Assembly (NCBI GenBank): GCA_010909165.1
Contig: MU008165.1
Location: 558,001-622,000, forward strand
Origin: Anthoceros angustus
Lineage: Eukaryota > Plantae > Anthocerotophyta
Direction of reading: 5' to 3'
DNA: 64,000 nt
The position numbers and the translations under genes are program-made. The notes beneath the pieces were generated by a model. It was not told where the DNA came from, did no database searches, and saw nothing but the letters and a program-made list of their open reading frames with translations. Positions 48,301-59,220 of the stretch are shown in pieces. Within the stretch, counting starts at the first letter, position 1. Every line of letters starts with the position of its first letter.

Positions 48301-50343
48301 GTGAGTGCAGTTGTATGCCCTTCTGTAAGGCACCTGTGCTTCCACAGGCCTTCAGAAGGGAAGAAAAAGTAACATGGTCAGCCAAAATGAGCCCCGCCTC
48401 CTCCATTTGTCCATACACAACAAGTGCCTCATGTCCGAGCCCTTGCTGGGAATACCCATCAATCAGCACCGTCCATGTCACCACATCCTTTGTCGCCATG
48501 CTGTCAAAAACCTGGCGTGCCTTCTCCAGTTCGCCACATTTTGCATACATGTCCACCAGGCAGTTGCCCACCACAACGTCATCCAGCAGTCCTCTTTCGA
48601 CAATCTGTGAATGCAATTGTATGCCCTTCTGTAAGGCACCAGTGCTTGCACAGGCCTTCAGAAGGCAAGAAAAAAAGTAACATGGTTAGCCAAAATGAGG
48701 CCCTCCTGCTCCATTTGTCCATACACAACAAGCGCCTCTTGGCTGAGCCCTTGCTGTGCATACCAGCAATCAGGGCATTCCATGTCACCACATCCTTCGT
48801 GGCCATGCTATGAAAAACCTGGCGTGCATCTTTCATGTTGCCACATTTCGCATACATGTCCACCAGGCAGTTTCCAACAAACAAGTTATTAGGAATGCCA
48901 CTCTGCACCACATCACTGTGCACTTTTCTGCCAGATCCCAAGTCGGCGGCAAATGCACAAGCTTGAAGGGCCGCTACAAAGACGTGAGCATCCGCCTTCA
49001 CTCCTGACCTACGCATCTCATGGTACAGCTGTACGGCCTCATTAGCTTTCCCATGCTTAGCGTATGCCGAGATGATGGAAGACCACATGAAGACATCCGG
49101 TTTGGCCACTCTGGTGAGCACATCCATGGCCTCCTCGAGCCTACCTGCACATGCATACATACGTAAAATATGGTCCCAAGTGTGCATTCGACTCGTACCC
49201 AAGTTGGACACTGAGGTCCTGAACTCGTCGCCCCAAAACCAAATCCCTCTTAGCTGTACACAGTTTTAGTACAATGTAAAACAGAGACTGAGAAACCGCA
49301 GAGTCTGCGTGCGCCAGAGATTCCAGGGCTCCAACGGCCTCAGCAAGCTTCCCCTGCTGACATAACAAGCTCACGGTTCCAGCCGTTACCACGCCCAGTT
49401 CCGATCCTGCAGGCCTCCCAGGTTCAGGATTATCTGGAGAGCTGGACTCGGAAGCACAGGCACCATGGCCCATCTGCATATCCAAGGAAATGAGCTGCTC
49501 ATCAACCCAAACTGGCTTAAACATGTTGTTTAACCACAGCACCTCGCCGGACCCCTTACGCCGGAAGTCGGGCAAACGGGAGCTCTTCTTGTCTCGTCTG
49601 TTTATCCCACCACAGGGTAGGGTCCAGAAAAAATTGTCGCCACAAGTGCTCCTGCTCCTGGCGGCGACCATCGTTGGAAATCCCGTCCCCACCCACACAT
49701 TTTCTCGGATGTGGAAGTGCTGGGCTGCTTACACTGCTGCACCTGGAACCCATTTCCGAATCTGTACGCCTCTCAGGTTCAGGATTATCCGGAAAGCTCG
49801 TCTTGGAAGGAGAGGCACCATGACCCATCGGCATATCCAAGGAAACCAGCTGCCCATCAACCCAAGCTGGTTTCAACATGTTGTTTAACCACAGGACCTC
49901 GCCGGACCCTTTACGCCGGAAGTCAGGCCAATGCGAGCTCTTCTTATCTCGTCTGTTGTCCCACCACATGGTAGGATCCAGAAAAAATTGTTGCCACAAG
50001 GGCTCCTGCTCCTGGCCACGACCATCGCTGGAAAACCCGCCCCCACCCAGACACTCTCTCGGAAGTGGAAGCGCCGGGTTCCTTACAGTGCTGCACCTGG
50101 AGGCTTCGTTTGCCAGGGGTTGACTCCCGAAGATGAGGTGAGCGGGAGCTCCTGGTAGAATCCCTCTACACATACCAATTTGTTGGGTCCACGACGGGTC
50201 CGGTTGACACACTGTGGCCATCGTTCAGGGACCGTTGTTGGAAGACGAGTCCAACAACAGACTATGCCAGAATGCCCAGGTACTGAGCATGACCACACCA
50301 TGCGAGCTGGCTCCGATGCCGTAGCATAATAAGCAACATGCAT
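45306..50343 (-). pseudogene. PDF-PDF-PLS-PPR-E-DYW:KP (GRP-type) locus, fragmented as assembled; candidate U-to-C editing factor
   Basis: Two PDF motifs, PPR pieces (48579-49211, 47729-48616, 47463-47735), a GC-rich insert and a triplicated E/DYW tail. The complete end at 45306 reads KKPAVATIEV...CGHAEKLALAFGLLNTP...KNLRMCSDCH...HRFANGCCSCKGRP. Several frameshifts are in homopolymers. Confidence 0.85.
49490..49999 (-). other. Two tandem OSB-type PDF motifs (354-bp period) in the PPR leader
   Basis: Copy 1 reads LWQQFFLDPTMWWDNRRDKKSSHWPDFRRKGSGEVLWLNNMLKPAWV. Copy 2 reads LWRQFFLDPTLWWD/NRRDKKSSRLPDFRRKGSGEVLWLNNMFKPVWV, with one extra A in copy 2. Confidence 0.85.
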
Positions 50344-50959
50344 ATAGTTTCCTTGGCCGCTGTGCGGATTTTGCCGTCCCGATGTCAGTGGTATTTCGGG
50401 TGCAGCAGGATGGAAAAGTTGACGGAGTTGCAGGATGCTGAAGACTTGTCAGGACGCACCGGGAGCAGCGAGGAGGACGGGAGTGGAGACGGGAAAATAA
50501 GCAGGTGGTGGTAGACCAGTCCGAATTGGGATAAGCCTACCCACCTAGAGTGAAGGAAGAAAAAGGCTCACGGCCGGGCGCCGTGAACGGTCATAGCGGC
50601 CAATCCCCCCTCATCTCTGCTATGTTCTCCCCTGCCCATGTCGACTGTTGTCTGGCACTGCCATGTTCTCGACCTAGGAGTATGGTGATTCGTGACACCA
50701 GTCCTCTTGCAACTTCCGGAATTGCTTGCGGCCGCTCAGGACTGTCGAGCTTAATTTGCCAAGCCGGCCGCCGCGTCCAAAGTGGAGTTGGCAGCTTAGT
50801 AGTTCTACTCTAATCTGCTGCGCTGCTGTGGCTGTGAGGAGGGCAGAAAAGTGGGAGTGAAGAATTGTTCATACTAGGCTGTTTGAGCGCAGAGAGTTTG
50901 GAGCGAGAGATGGATCAATCTAAAAGAAAGTGGCAATTTTCAAGGCGGACTAGTCGTAG

Positions 50960-51810
50960 GCTAAAGGTCCATTGAGGGGAATCTTGCCTTCGGGTCTGAG
51001 CGCATACGACAGGTCTTGGTGCGATTTCGCCTCCACCGGAATTGGTGTCTGGCCGTGCAAACTGCAAACACAAGCAATAACTCTTCCATATTACAAGAAA
51101 GAAACTGATGTCTCCTTGAATCAGATCCCGACACACAAGGAAACACTGCTTCTTCCACATCAGACGAAACTGATGTCGTGCTGTGTCGGATTCGAACAAC
51201 AGAAGTAGCCAATCCGCCGTCGAAATCACGAGGAAGAAACTGATGTCGTTTTGTCTCGGATTCGCACACAATAGCAGCCACAGCGTCTTCCAAACCACAA
51301 GGAAAAAACTGATGTCGTTTTGCCTCGGATTCCAACACTCAAGCAGCCACTGCGTCTTCCAAATCACAAGGAAGAAACTGAGGTCGCGTTGGATGGCATT
51401 CCCACACACAGGCAGCCACGGGTTATTCCAAAACACAAGAAAGAAACTGATGTCGCAACATTCAAATGCCAAATCAGACACGATGAAATTGCTAGCAGCA
51501 GATGGATCTGGATGTCCTAGCTGCCCAGATTAACCTGCCAAGAAGGTCTTGGAGAGCAGCGAGGCGGCGAACGGCAGCTGCATGTCTTCGTGAAGCAGCA
51601 GCTTCGGCTGTGGCGGCTCTTGCTCAGGCTTTTCTCTGGACAGGCCCCCGAAACAAGCTTCCACTGCCGGATTGCATTTTTCCGGTGCGTTTGATGCTCG
51701 TCCTCCATCTTTGGAGCTTAAGGTGAGCGCGAGTGCGGGAAAAAGCGCAGGGTTTGGGAGAAAGGATCGGGGTGGAAATCAGGTTCTTGCTGTGGCAACA
51801 GGTTTAGGCA
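50960..51810 (-). pseudogene. TLDc pseudogene (duplicate of 36738-38224)
   Basis: Exon-1 similarity at about 51520-51810, the same intronic minisatellite, and only the frameshifted PDTNSGGG...3' piece of exon 2. Most of the TLDc exon is deleted. Confidence 0.85.
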
Positions 51811-52610
51811 TGGAACTGAGCATGCTTCAGGGATGCCCATGCGTTTCCAACCCTGCGTTCATAGTCTCAGCGCAACAGGAAAGGGTTTAGGGTTTAAGCG
51901 TGTGCACTGTGGGAGAGCAGCAGCGGGATGAAGAGAATTGGACGTTCGCATCGGAGTTTGGATGTGTCATGCCTGACGCCAAGGAAATCAATCCCCTTCA
52001 GCTTCTTCCAGGAGTGGTACAGGCGGTTGTCAAGTCTGCAAACGGGAATAGAGCCCAGATTTCGGCCTGGTAATTCCCTGGTTTTAGCAATTCAGGTTAC
52101 ATTGACTTGCTGGAGATTGCAGTGATAAAATATTTCGTGTTTGCTGGCAGGTGATCGAAATTTGCAGGAAGGCTTGTCGGGGGAGGTGGTTGCTCATACC
52201 TCGCTTTGGTGGGATAGCAAGTGGAGGGAAAAGGTGAAACGTGTGCTCTGTTGCTGGTTCTGTATTGGTGTTGGAAATTCTCATTGATGATCTGGACTTA
52301 GGAGGGATGTTTTGCTTTCTTAGAAGCACATGCTGATGATTGCTCATCACAGCAGAGCAATCTGGACCTCATTCAAAAAGCCAATAGCGAGGCCTTGGGG
52401 CTCGACTCCTGGAAAAACACTGCGTGGCTGAAGTGTGGGTATGGGAGATCTTCGGAGGCAGACAAGGCTGGTGTATGGTGTAGGTGGAAATCACTGAGGC
52501 AAGTGGATCTGGCAGTCGTAAGGGTCTCTGAGATGTTGATAACATTATGCAGTGTAGCATAACATGATGTTTGTTTGGTATCTCCTTGTTGACCTTCTGG
52601 ATGATGCAGT

Positions 52611-55355
52611 TTGCCAAGGATTGAAGATGACCTGCAGTCCGATGCAAGGTGGCAACTTTGTACTGAAGGACGCCTTACTGAGGCATTTCATGCAGTGGAT
52701 CTTGGGAGACGGGAAGGATTGTTTGTGTCCAGAGCTATTCTGTGCCGTCTCTTGAAAGGGTGCTTTGAGAAGAAGGACCTAGAACTGGGCAGGCGAGTCC
52801 ATGCTCTTTGTGTGGAATGTGGCTATGGGTCCAACTCGTTTCTGGCAGTTCTGCTAATCCGGATGTATGCCTTGCATGGGAGTTTGCGGGAAGCAAATGA
52901 AGTGTTCAGCAAGCAACATGCACCTGATGCGTTTGTGTGGGCGTCCATTATTTCAGCACACGCTGAGCTTGGGCAAGCTCAGCAGGCCCTGGAGCTGTAT
53001 CAACAGATGCGGCAGACAGCCATTAGGCCCAATGACTACACTATTGTGGCTGTGCTTAAAGCTTGTATCACCAGATCCGACCTGGCAATGGGGAAGCTAG
53101 TTCATGCTGACGTAGTTGTCTCAGGCTTGGAATCAAATGTATTTGTTGGGACTACCCTTGTAGACATGTACGCCAAATGTAGGAACTTGGAGGATGCTCG
53201 GAGAGTGTTTGATGCCATGCCAAGAAAGAATGTAATTACCTGGAGTTCTTTGATTGCTGGATATGCCCACCATGGAAAAGGTGAGGAAGCCCTTCATCTC
53301 TTTTCTTACATGCAACAGAAAGGCATGACTGCAGACAAAATCACTTTTGTAGCCGTCCTGAAAGCATGTGGCAGTATTGCAGCCCTTCAGGAGGGCACCC
53401 GGATCCATGCCCAAATTGTGGAAGCAGGACTGGAAACAGACATGTTTGTTGCAAGCTCTCTTGTCGACATGTATGTAAAGTGTGGAGACCTGGTACATGC
53501 TCGCATGATCTTCGATGTTTTGCCTACCAAGGATGTGGTGATATGGGGTGCAATGCTCGCAGGATATGCTCAGCATGGCCTTGGTGCAGAAGTGCTCGAA
53601 CTTTATGCAACCATGCCACAAGATGGTAAGATGCTAGACAACACTGTTGTATTGGTTAGCATCCTGAAAGCATGTGGCACTATGGGGGCCATCCAGGAGG
53701 GAACGAGAATCCATGCTCGGATTCGAGAACGATTTGTTGAAGCAGATGTTTTCCTCGGGACTGCTCTAGTTGACATGTATGCAAAGTGCGGGAGCCTGGA
53801 GAACGCTCGCAGTGTATTCAACAGTCTGGCCAACCGGAATGCTGTGACATGGAACGCTATGATTGCAGGATACGTCCAGGAAGGCTTGGGCCAGGATGCA
53901 CTTAGCCTATATACAGACATGCAGCAGGATGGTGCGACAGTGGCCAGTGACAGCACGTTTGTCAGCATTTTGAAAGCCTGTGGCAGCCTGGGGGCTATCT
54001 TGCAAGGCAAGGAAATACATGCGCAGGTCCAAGAAAGAGGGGTTCAGGTAAACGGGATCATTGGGACCAGCCTGGTGGACATGTACGCTAAATGTGGGAG
54101 CTTGGTGGATGCTCGCAAGGTGTTTGACAGATGTCCTACCAAAACCAAAGGCACTTGGAATGCCATGATCTCTGGATATACTCAGCACGGGCGTGAGCAG
54201 GATGCCCTTGATCTTTATGCGAGCATGCAGCAGCAGAGTGTCACCCCGGACGAAATTACCTTTGCCACCATTTTGAAGGCATGTGGCAGCATAGGAGCTA
54301 TTCAGGAGGGTAAGCGTGTGCATGCTCACATCCTTGAAAGTGGGTTGAAGGTCGACCCGTTTATTGGGAGTGCTCTGGTTGACATGCACACCAAATTCGG
54401 AAGCCTGGAGGATGCACACAAATTGTTCAATAGCCTGTCACGGCAAGATGTGGTGACCTGGAATGCTTTGATCAACGGCTATGGCCAGCACAATGACTGC
54501 AAAATGGCCATGCAGTGCTTCGAGGATATGGCACAACACGGAGTGAAGCCCGATGCTGCAACGTTCATTTCATTGCTTGTTGCCTGCAGTCATGTGGGCT
54601 ATGTGGACGAGGGGCGGCAATACTTTATGAAGATGGTTGAAGAGCATGGCATCACTCCAACTGTGGAACATTATCACTGCATGGTTGATCTCCTTGGCCG
54701 TGCAGGTCACCTCGATGACGCAGAGGCTCTGCTCCAGTCCATGCCCTTCAAACAGGACACCGTGGGTTGGGTAGCTTTACTCAGCGCCTGCAAGGCTCAT
54801 GACGACATCTCCCGTGGCAGGAGGTGCTTTGACCGTCTTGTGGAACTGGAACCCGCACATGGTGCTGGATACGTGCTCATGGTTGACATGTATGAAAGTG
54901 CAGGCAAGCATGAGGACGCTCGCCACATCCAACGTTTGAGAGCATCTGCTGGTGCTGTGAAAAAACCTGCGAGAGCCACCATCGAGGTCGACAACAAGGT
55001 GCATGAGTTCATCGTCGGAGAAGAGCGGGATGACATCTCTTCGAAACTAAGGAGCCTGAATGTCCAATTGCGGGAGGATGAGACCCACATGGATTTGCTC
55101 TCCGAGCCAATCACTGACAGGGAGAAAGAAGATGCCTTGTGTGGGCATGCTGAAAAGCTGGCTGTTGCCTTTGGTCTCCTCAACACACCTGAAGGTTCAA
55201 CTCTGCTGCTGACCAAGGATCTGCGAATGTGCAACGACTGCCACAACGGCACCAAGATACTCTCCAGGCTTGAAAGACGAGAGATCATTGTCAGAGATGC
55301 TCACCGGGTCCATCACTTCAAGGCTGGGTTATGCTCCTGCGGGGATTCTCGTTGA
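52611..55355 (+). CDS. PLS-class PPR-E-DYW:KP protein, DRH-like subtype ending in DSR (main exon, 914 open codons); candidate U-to-C editing factor
   Basis: PLS repeats, an E region, then KKPARATIEV...CGHAEKLAVAFGLLNTPEG...KDLRMCNDCH...RDAHRVHHFKAGLCSCGDSR. The ORF has no ATG at its 5' end. It follows an acceptor (tgcag, 52609); a candidate upstream exon at 52441-52517 contains an in-frame TGA. Confidence 0.88.
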   Translation: MPRIEDDLQSDARWQLCTEGRLTEAFHAVDLGRREGLFVSRAILCRLLKGCFEKKDLELGRRVHALCVECGYGSNSFLAVLLIRMYALHGSLREANEVFSKQHAPDAFVWASIISAHAELGQAQQALELYQQMRQTAIRPNDYTIVAVLKACITRSDLAMGKLVHADVVVSGLESNVFVGTTLVDMYAKCRNLEDARRVFDAMPRKNVITWSSLIAGYAHHGKGEEALHLFSYMQQKGMTADKITFVAVLKACGSIAALQEGTRIHAQIVEAGLETDMFVASSLVDMYVKCGDLVHARMIFDVLPTKDVVIWGAMLAGYAQHGLGAEVLELYATMPQDGKMLDNTVVLVSILKACGTMGAIQEGTRIHARIRERFVEADVFLGTALVDMYAKCGSLENARSVFNSLANRNAVTWNAMIAGYVQEGLGQDALSLYTDMQQDGATVASDSTFVSILKACGSLGAILQGKEIHAQVQERGVQVNGIIGTSLVDMYAKCGSLVDARKVFDRCPTKTKGTWNAMISGYTQHGREQDALDLYASMQQQSVTPDEITFATILKACGSIGAIQEGKRVHAHILESGLKVDPFIGSALVDMHTKFGSLEDAHKLFNSLSRQDVVTWNALINGYGQHNDCKMAMQCFEDMAQHGVKPDAATFISLLVACSHVGYVDEGRQYFMKMVEEHGITPTVEHYHCMVDLLGRAGHLDDAEALLQSMPFKQDTVGWVALLSACKAHDDISRGRRCFDRLVELEPAHGAGYVLMVDMYESAGKHEDARHIQRLRASAGAVKKPARATIEVDNKVHEFIVGEERDDISSKLRSLNVQLREDETHMDLLSEPITDREKEDALCGHAEKLAVAFGLLNTPEGSTLLLTKDLRMCNDCHNGTKILSRLERREIIVRDAHRVHHFKAGLCSCGDSR

Positions 55356-56141
55356 CAGTCAACCAATGTGGCTCTTCTCCACAATGTCAGAAGGATTTCA
55401 GAACAATTTCGCTGCAGAAGGTTTGACCACTCGCACAGGACGAAAACCGAGATACGAAGCAGGTGCGATTTTTTTCTATCCGTTCATTATTCCAGACTTG
55501 TATGTAAGTTGGTTGATGTTTCCTATTTCCAAAACTAAAGAACAGGTACAGGTGGAGTTTCCTGAGTGGTAGAGGCTTCTCAATCGGCGGCTTGCTATGT
55601 TCTTATAAATCCAGATAGACAGCGCCTTCGACGCTGCGGCCAGTCTTCGCTCTAGGCTTCAATCTTGAATCCCTCGAAGTCGTCCACAAGCGCCTCATCT
55701 TCTCTCGCGTTCCCGGCGGCACGCGCTGTGAGCGGTGGTCTCAGGCGGGTCTGGTACTACCCGGTGGTGCTGCGCCTTGGTACGAGTTCATAGCCTCCCT
55801 CTTCGTGCTGTGCGCCGTTGATTGCTTAGAGTAGGGAGATATGCGAGGGCGGCTCTCTCTTGCTTTGCACGGTTTGCTTGTAGCCATGCAGGAAGGATGT
55901 CTGTGGAGGAAGATGGTCCGGTTGTTGCTTTCCGGGATGTGACTTGGATGTGTGGTAGTAAGGCGGTAGGTTTTGGTCCGGTGGGGAGTCCGGGCGTAGA
56001 GCGACGCGCCGCCGAGGATGCCTTAAATTGGCTGGTTGGAGGGGATGTGTGGGGTTTCTTACTTCTCCACGGTTGCTGTCTTGTTTGTGCAGCTTGAGGC
56101 GAGAAGATATCTCTTGGTCGGGGTTCCATCAACCGAAGTTC

Positions 56142-56746
56142 ATGTCAGATCTAGACGCTCAGATCGCGGGGGCTTACGGTATGTGCGAATCTTGTGGACG
56201 TTTTTACGCCGTTTGTGTCCTCCGTTGTTCGGATGGGTGACTTGTTTCCTCTCTTGCAGATCCGTTCGCTGACGCGAATGCTGAGGATTCTGGGGCAGGG
56301 TCTAAGGACTATGTGCATGTCCGCGTGCAGCAGCGGAATGGTAGAAAGAGTCTGACGACTGTGCAGGGTTTGAAGAAAGAATTCAATTACAACAAAATCC
56401 TTAAGGATTTCAAGAAGGTAGGTCCTGGGGACCTTGGGCCCATCCCATTCCTCTTCCTGACCGAGAGATCTGTGCGAGCGAGTCTTCTGATTTGAATCTG
56501 TGGTGCAGGAATTCTGCTGCAATGGGACCGTGGTGCAAGACACGGAGCTGGGTCAGGTGATTCAGCTGCAAGGGGACCAGCGCAAGAATGTTTCGCAGTT
56601 CCTGGTGCAGGTGAGCCTTCCTAACCCTCTGTTGTTCTGCGGTAAGTGGCGGTCCCACGGTCTGGCGACCTCTCACGGGTGGGGTCCTGGTATTCCAACA
56701 GGCTGGAGTTGTGAAAAAGGATCTCATCAAAATACACGGGTTCTGA
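56142..56746 (+). CDS. eIF1: Translation initiation factor eIF1/SUI1, 4 exons
   Basis: Exons 56142-56178, 56260-56417, 56509-56610 and 56702-56746: MSDLDAQIAGAYDPFADANAEDSGAGSKDYVHVRVQQRNGRKSLTTVQGLKKEFNYNKILKDFKKEFCCNGTVVQDTELGQVIQLQGDQRKNVSQFLVQAGVVKKDLIKIHGF. Confidence 0.97.
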
Positions 56747-57341
56747 GCTGGGGCACCTACGCATTGAAGTTTTGTCAGATGCTCGGGGCATGATGTGCGG
56801 TATCTGAACACTGGATGTGGTGACGCGGCATGTGGGTCTTGGATGTGGAATTCCATCAGCCGCTAGGGTTTGGCATTTGTGGTGGGGCTAGGGTAATGTC
56901 TCCACACGTTGATGTAGAGTTAATTTTCACCCACGACTTGGCCTGACCGTGTGAGTCGGCAAAGATGTGGAGAAAGCTGGCATCTATTAATATACTCGAG
57001 TTTCTGGTGTTGTCTTTTACTTGGTGTACATAAACGACTCTTAGTCGAGTCGAACTTGTTGTACATAATAAAAGTTATGTTGAGAACGCCGTTCCAATGC
57101 GCGACCTACGTGGTCCTTTTTACTCACTTATGACACTCACATGGCTCGCCTCGGGCGTGACCCAGCCCCGTCAGGCCGGGAGGTGACACTTAGCCGAGCC
57201 CGCTTAATGGCTTCAGCACGGCTTTCACCAACACACCTGCTGTGACAGCACCGACGAATTAATGACGCACGACTCGCCGCTCTTGTTATTTTTCGAGCTC
57301 GAAGACGGCCATGTCTCATCAAGAAACACACAGCTTTAGCT

Positions 57342-57680
57342 ATGGCTTCCTCCAGCTCTGTCCCGATGCTCCTCCTTCTCGTCTCGCTTGTGGCTGCCAT
57401 CGCTGTAGCTGATCCGCTGGAGGCGTCCGGGGAAGTCTTGCAAGAAAGCGATGCCAACATTCATGTGAAGGTGAAGTGCAACGTGGATGTGGCAGCCTGC
57501 CTGCGAGGCAAGCGACAGTGCTGCCAGCAGCTGGAGAAAGCGGACGCTGCCTGCTTCTGCAGCGTTGCGCGCAAGGTTGCTGTGACTGTGACCGTGGACA
57601 TCGCCGTGAACTTGCTCAAGACTGTTTGCCCCAAGCTGGTGGACGTTCACGTCCATGTTATCTGCCCCGGCGGCCATTGA
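57342..57680 (+). CDS. Secreted eight-cysteine-motif protein (nsLTP/prolamin superfamily)
   Basis: Hydrophobic signal peptide (MLLLLVSLVAAIAVA) and the C-Xn-C-Xn-CC-Xn-CxC-Xn-C-Xn-C pattern. Confidence 0.8.
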   Translation: MASSSSVPMLLLLVSLVAAIAVADPLEASGEVLQESDANIHVKVKCNVDVAACLRGKRQCCQQLEKADAACFCSVARKVAVTVTVDIAVNLLKTVCPKLVDVHVHVICPGGH

Positions 57681-59220
57681 GGTGGCACAGCGATGCTCGC
57701 TTCTCCTATTCTAGTCTTTTGGCAGCTCTTGTTATTGTTCTGTTCATGCATTTCACACATTTCTTCTTCTGCCTTCAGGTTGTGTGATGTACGCAGCGTA
57801 GCGTCATTGTGAAGCTGTTGCACTGGAGCTGGAAGATGCCGACGTTCTGACTCGAACCGTTCTTTACGGCCCTGTCAGTCCTCGCTTTGTAACTCCTCGA
57901 CTCTGGCTTTGATTGGCTTGATCGTCTGGTCCAACTTTGCCTTGGCAACGTCTCCGAAGCAAAGTGGAGAAATTTGGACTTAGAATCAGGGGAAGCCTAT
58001 TGTGGACTTCCGGGGGAGCCTATTCTGGACTTCCGGGAGAAGCCTGGGCCTGTGGTGCCATCCCTGCAGCGCCTTCCGTTTGTGCAGTCATATGTTTTTG
58101 AAATGAACGAAGTTTAATATAAGTCATTCGAAATTCATGTATCCTCTTTGTGTCTTCCGTTTGATGTGTCCACTTATTCCGTTTGGTTTTGTTTCGGAGC
58201 GTTCCATGAAGTGGTTACGCAGCCGAGTTATTAGAGCGTGAACTCTCGGGCTGCATGCACACAGCTGCCCGGCGTGACTCTTCCGTAACCTACATCAGTT
58301 CTGCCATCGCCAAATTGCAACGACCTAGCTAAAACGAGGTTACTCAACTCACGGCAGGCGACACGCAGTTCGCGACAGGTGGAGGAGCTCTGAAGTGGGA
58401 CGAACGATTTGATTGACGAGCTTCGTCTGCTCACGAGTATGTGTAGTCCCCCCACCTACGAGCTCCTGTTCTTGTCCTCCCAAGCAGGGTTTGCAATAAA
58501 GCTTACAAGCATATGGTGTGATTGGAAGATGAAATGTCGAATTCAGACAATGACTGCATCTCGGTGTATATATGTATAATTGTCAAAGGTGAGCCTTCCC
58601 TGTTCACCTAGATCTTTCAGTTAGGGAATAATGTGCATCGATCCTAGAGTGGCCGCCGGTAGTAATGAGGGCCTGCCACTTTGGACAACCGTCCATGACT
58701 GGGCTCAGCGTTGTTCCTAAGATGCTTTGTTGCGGAGGCAGCATATTGTATTCCTGTATGTTGTATGATGACCCAGGCTTAGTGTAGGTCCTTTCGGCAT
58801 GATTCTTACATTTCGTATTCCTGTATACTTGAGGCTCGCTGTGTTGTGGTGCCTGACTCATGGAGGGTTGTGGCTTGCTCGCCTGACGAGATATCAGAGG
58901 CTGACCATCACTGTTCCTTCAAGTGTGCTTATACAGACTTTTGGAAATCAAAAGACTGCATTGCTTGGAACTCCCGTAAGCCACCTGACCTGCAGGGACT
59001 GACGTGTGATAATCAGTATTGACCAGGGCCCGTCATCCAGGAACAGAAATGTGTGGGTACTCATACCTTGCTGAGCACGAACTGTGATAAGTTTTGTTCT
59101 CTGGGTAGGGCACTGAGGTAATTACAAATATCGTTGCCCACAGGAGCATTCTTAAACATAAGTTTAATCATTTAACAATTCTAGACATGACCCACGGCTT
59201 GACGTTCATGTGTGCCACTT

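Noticed and set aside
50915-51533. ORFs with repeated [10 protein letters not shown] / ITRKKLMS peptides
   Set aside because: Translation of the intronic minisatellite.
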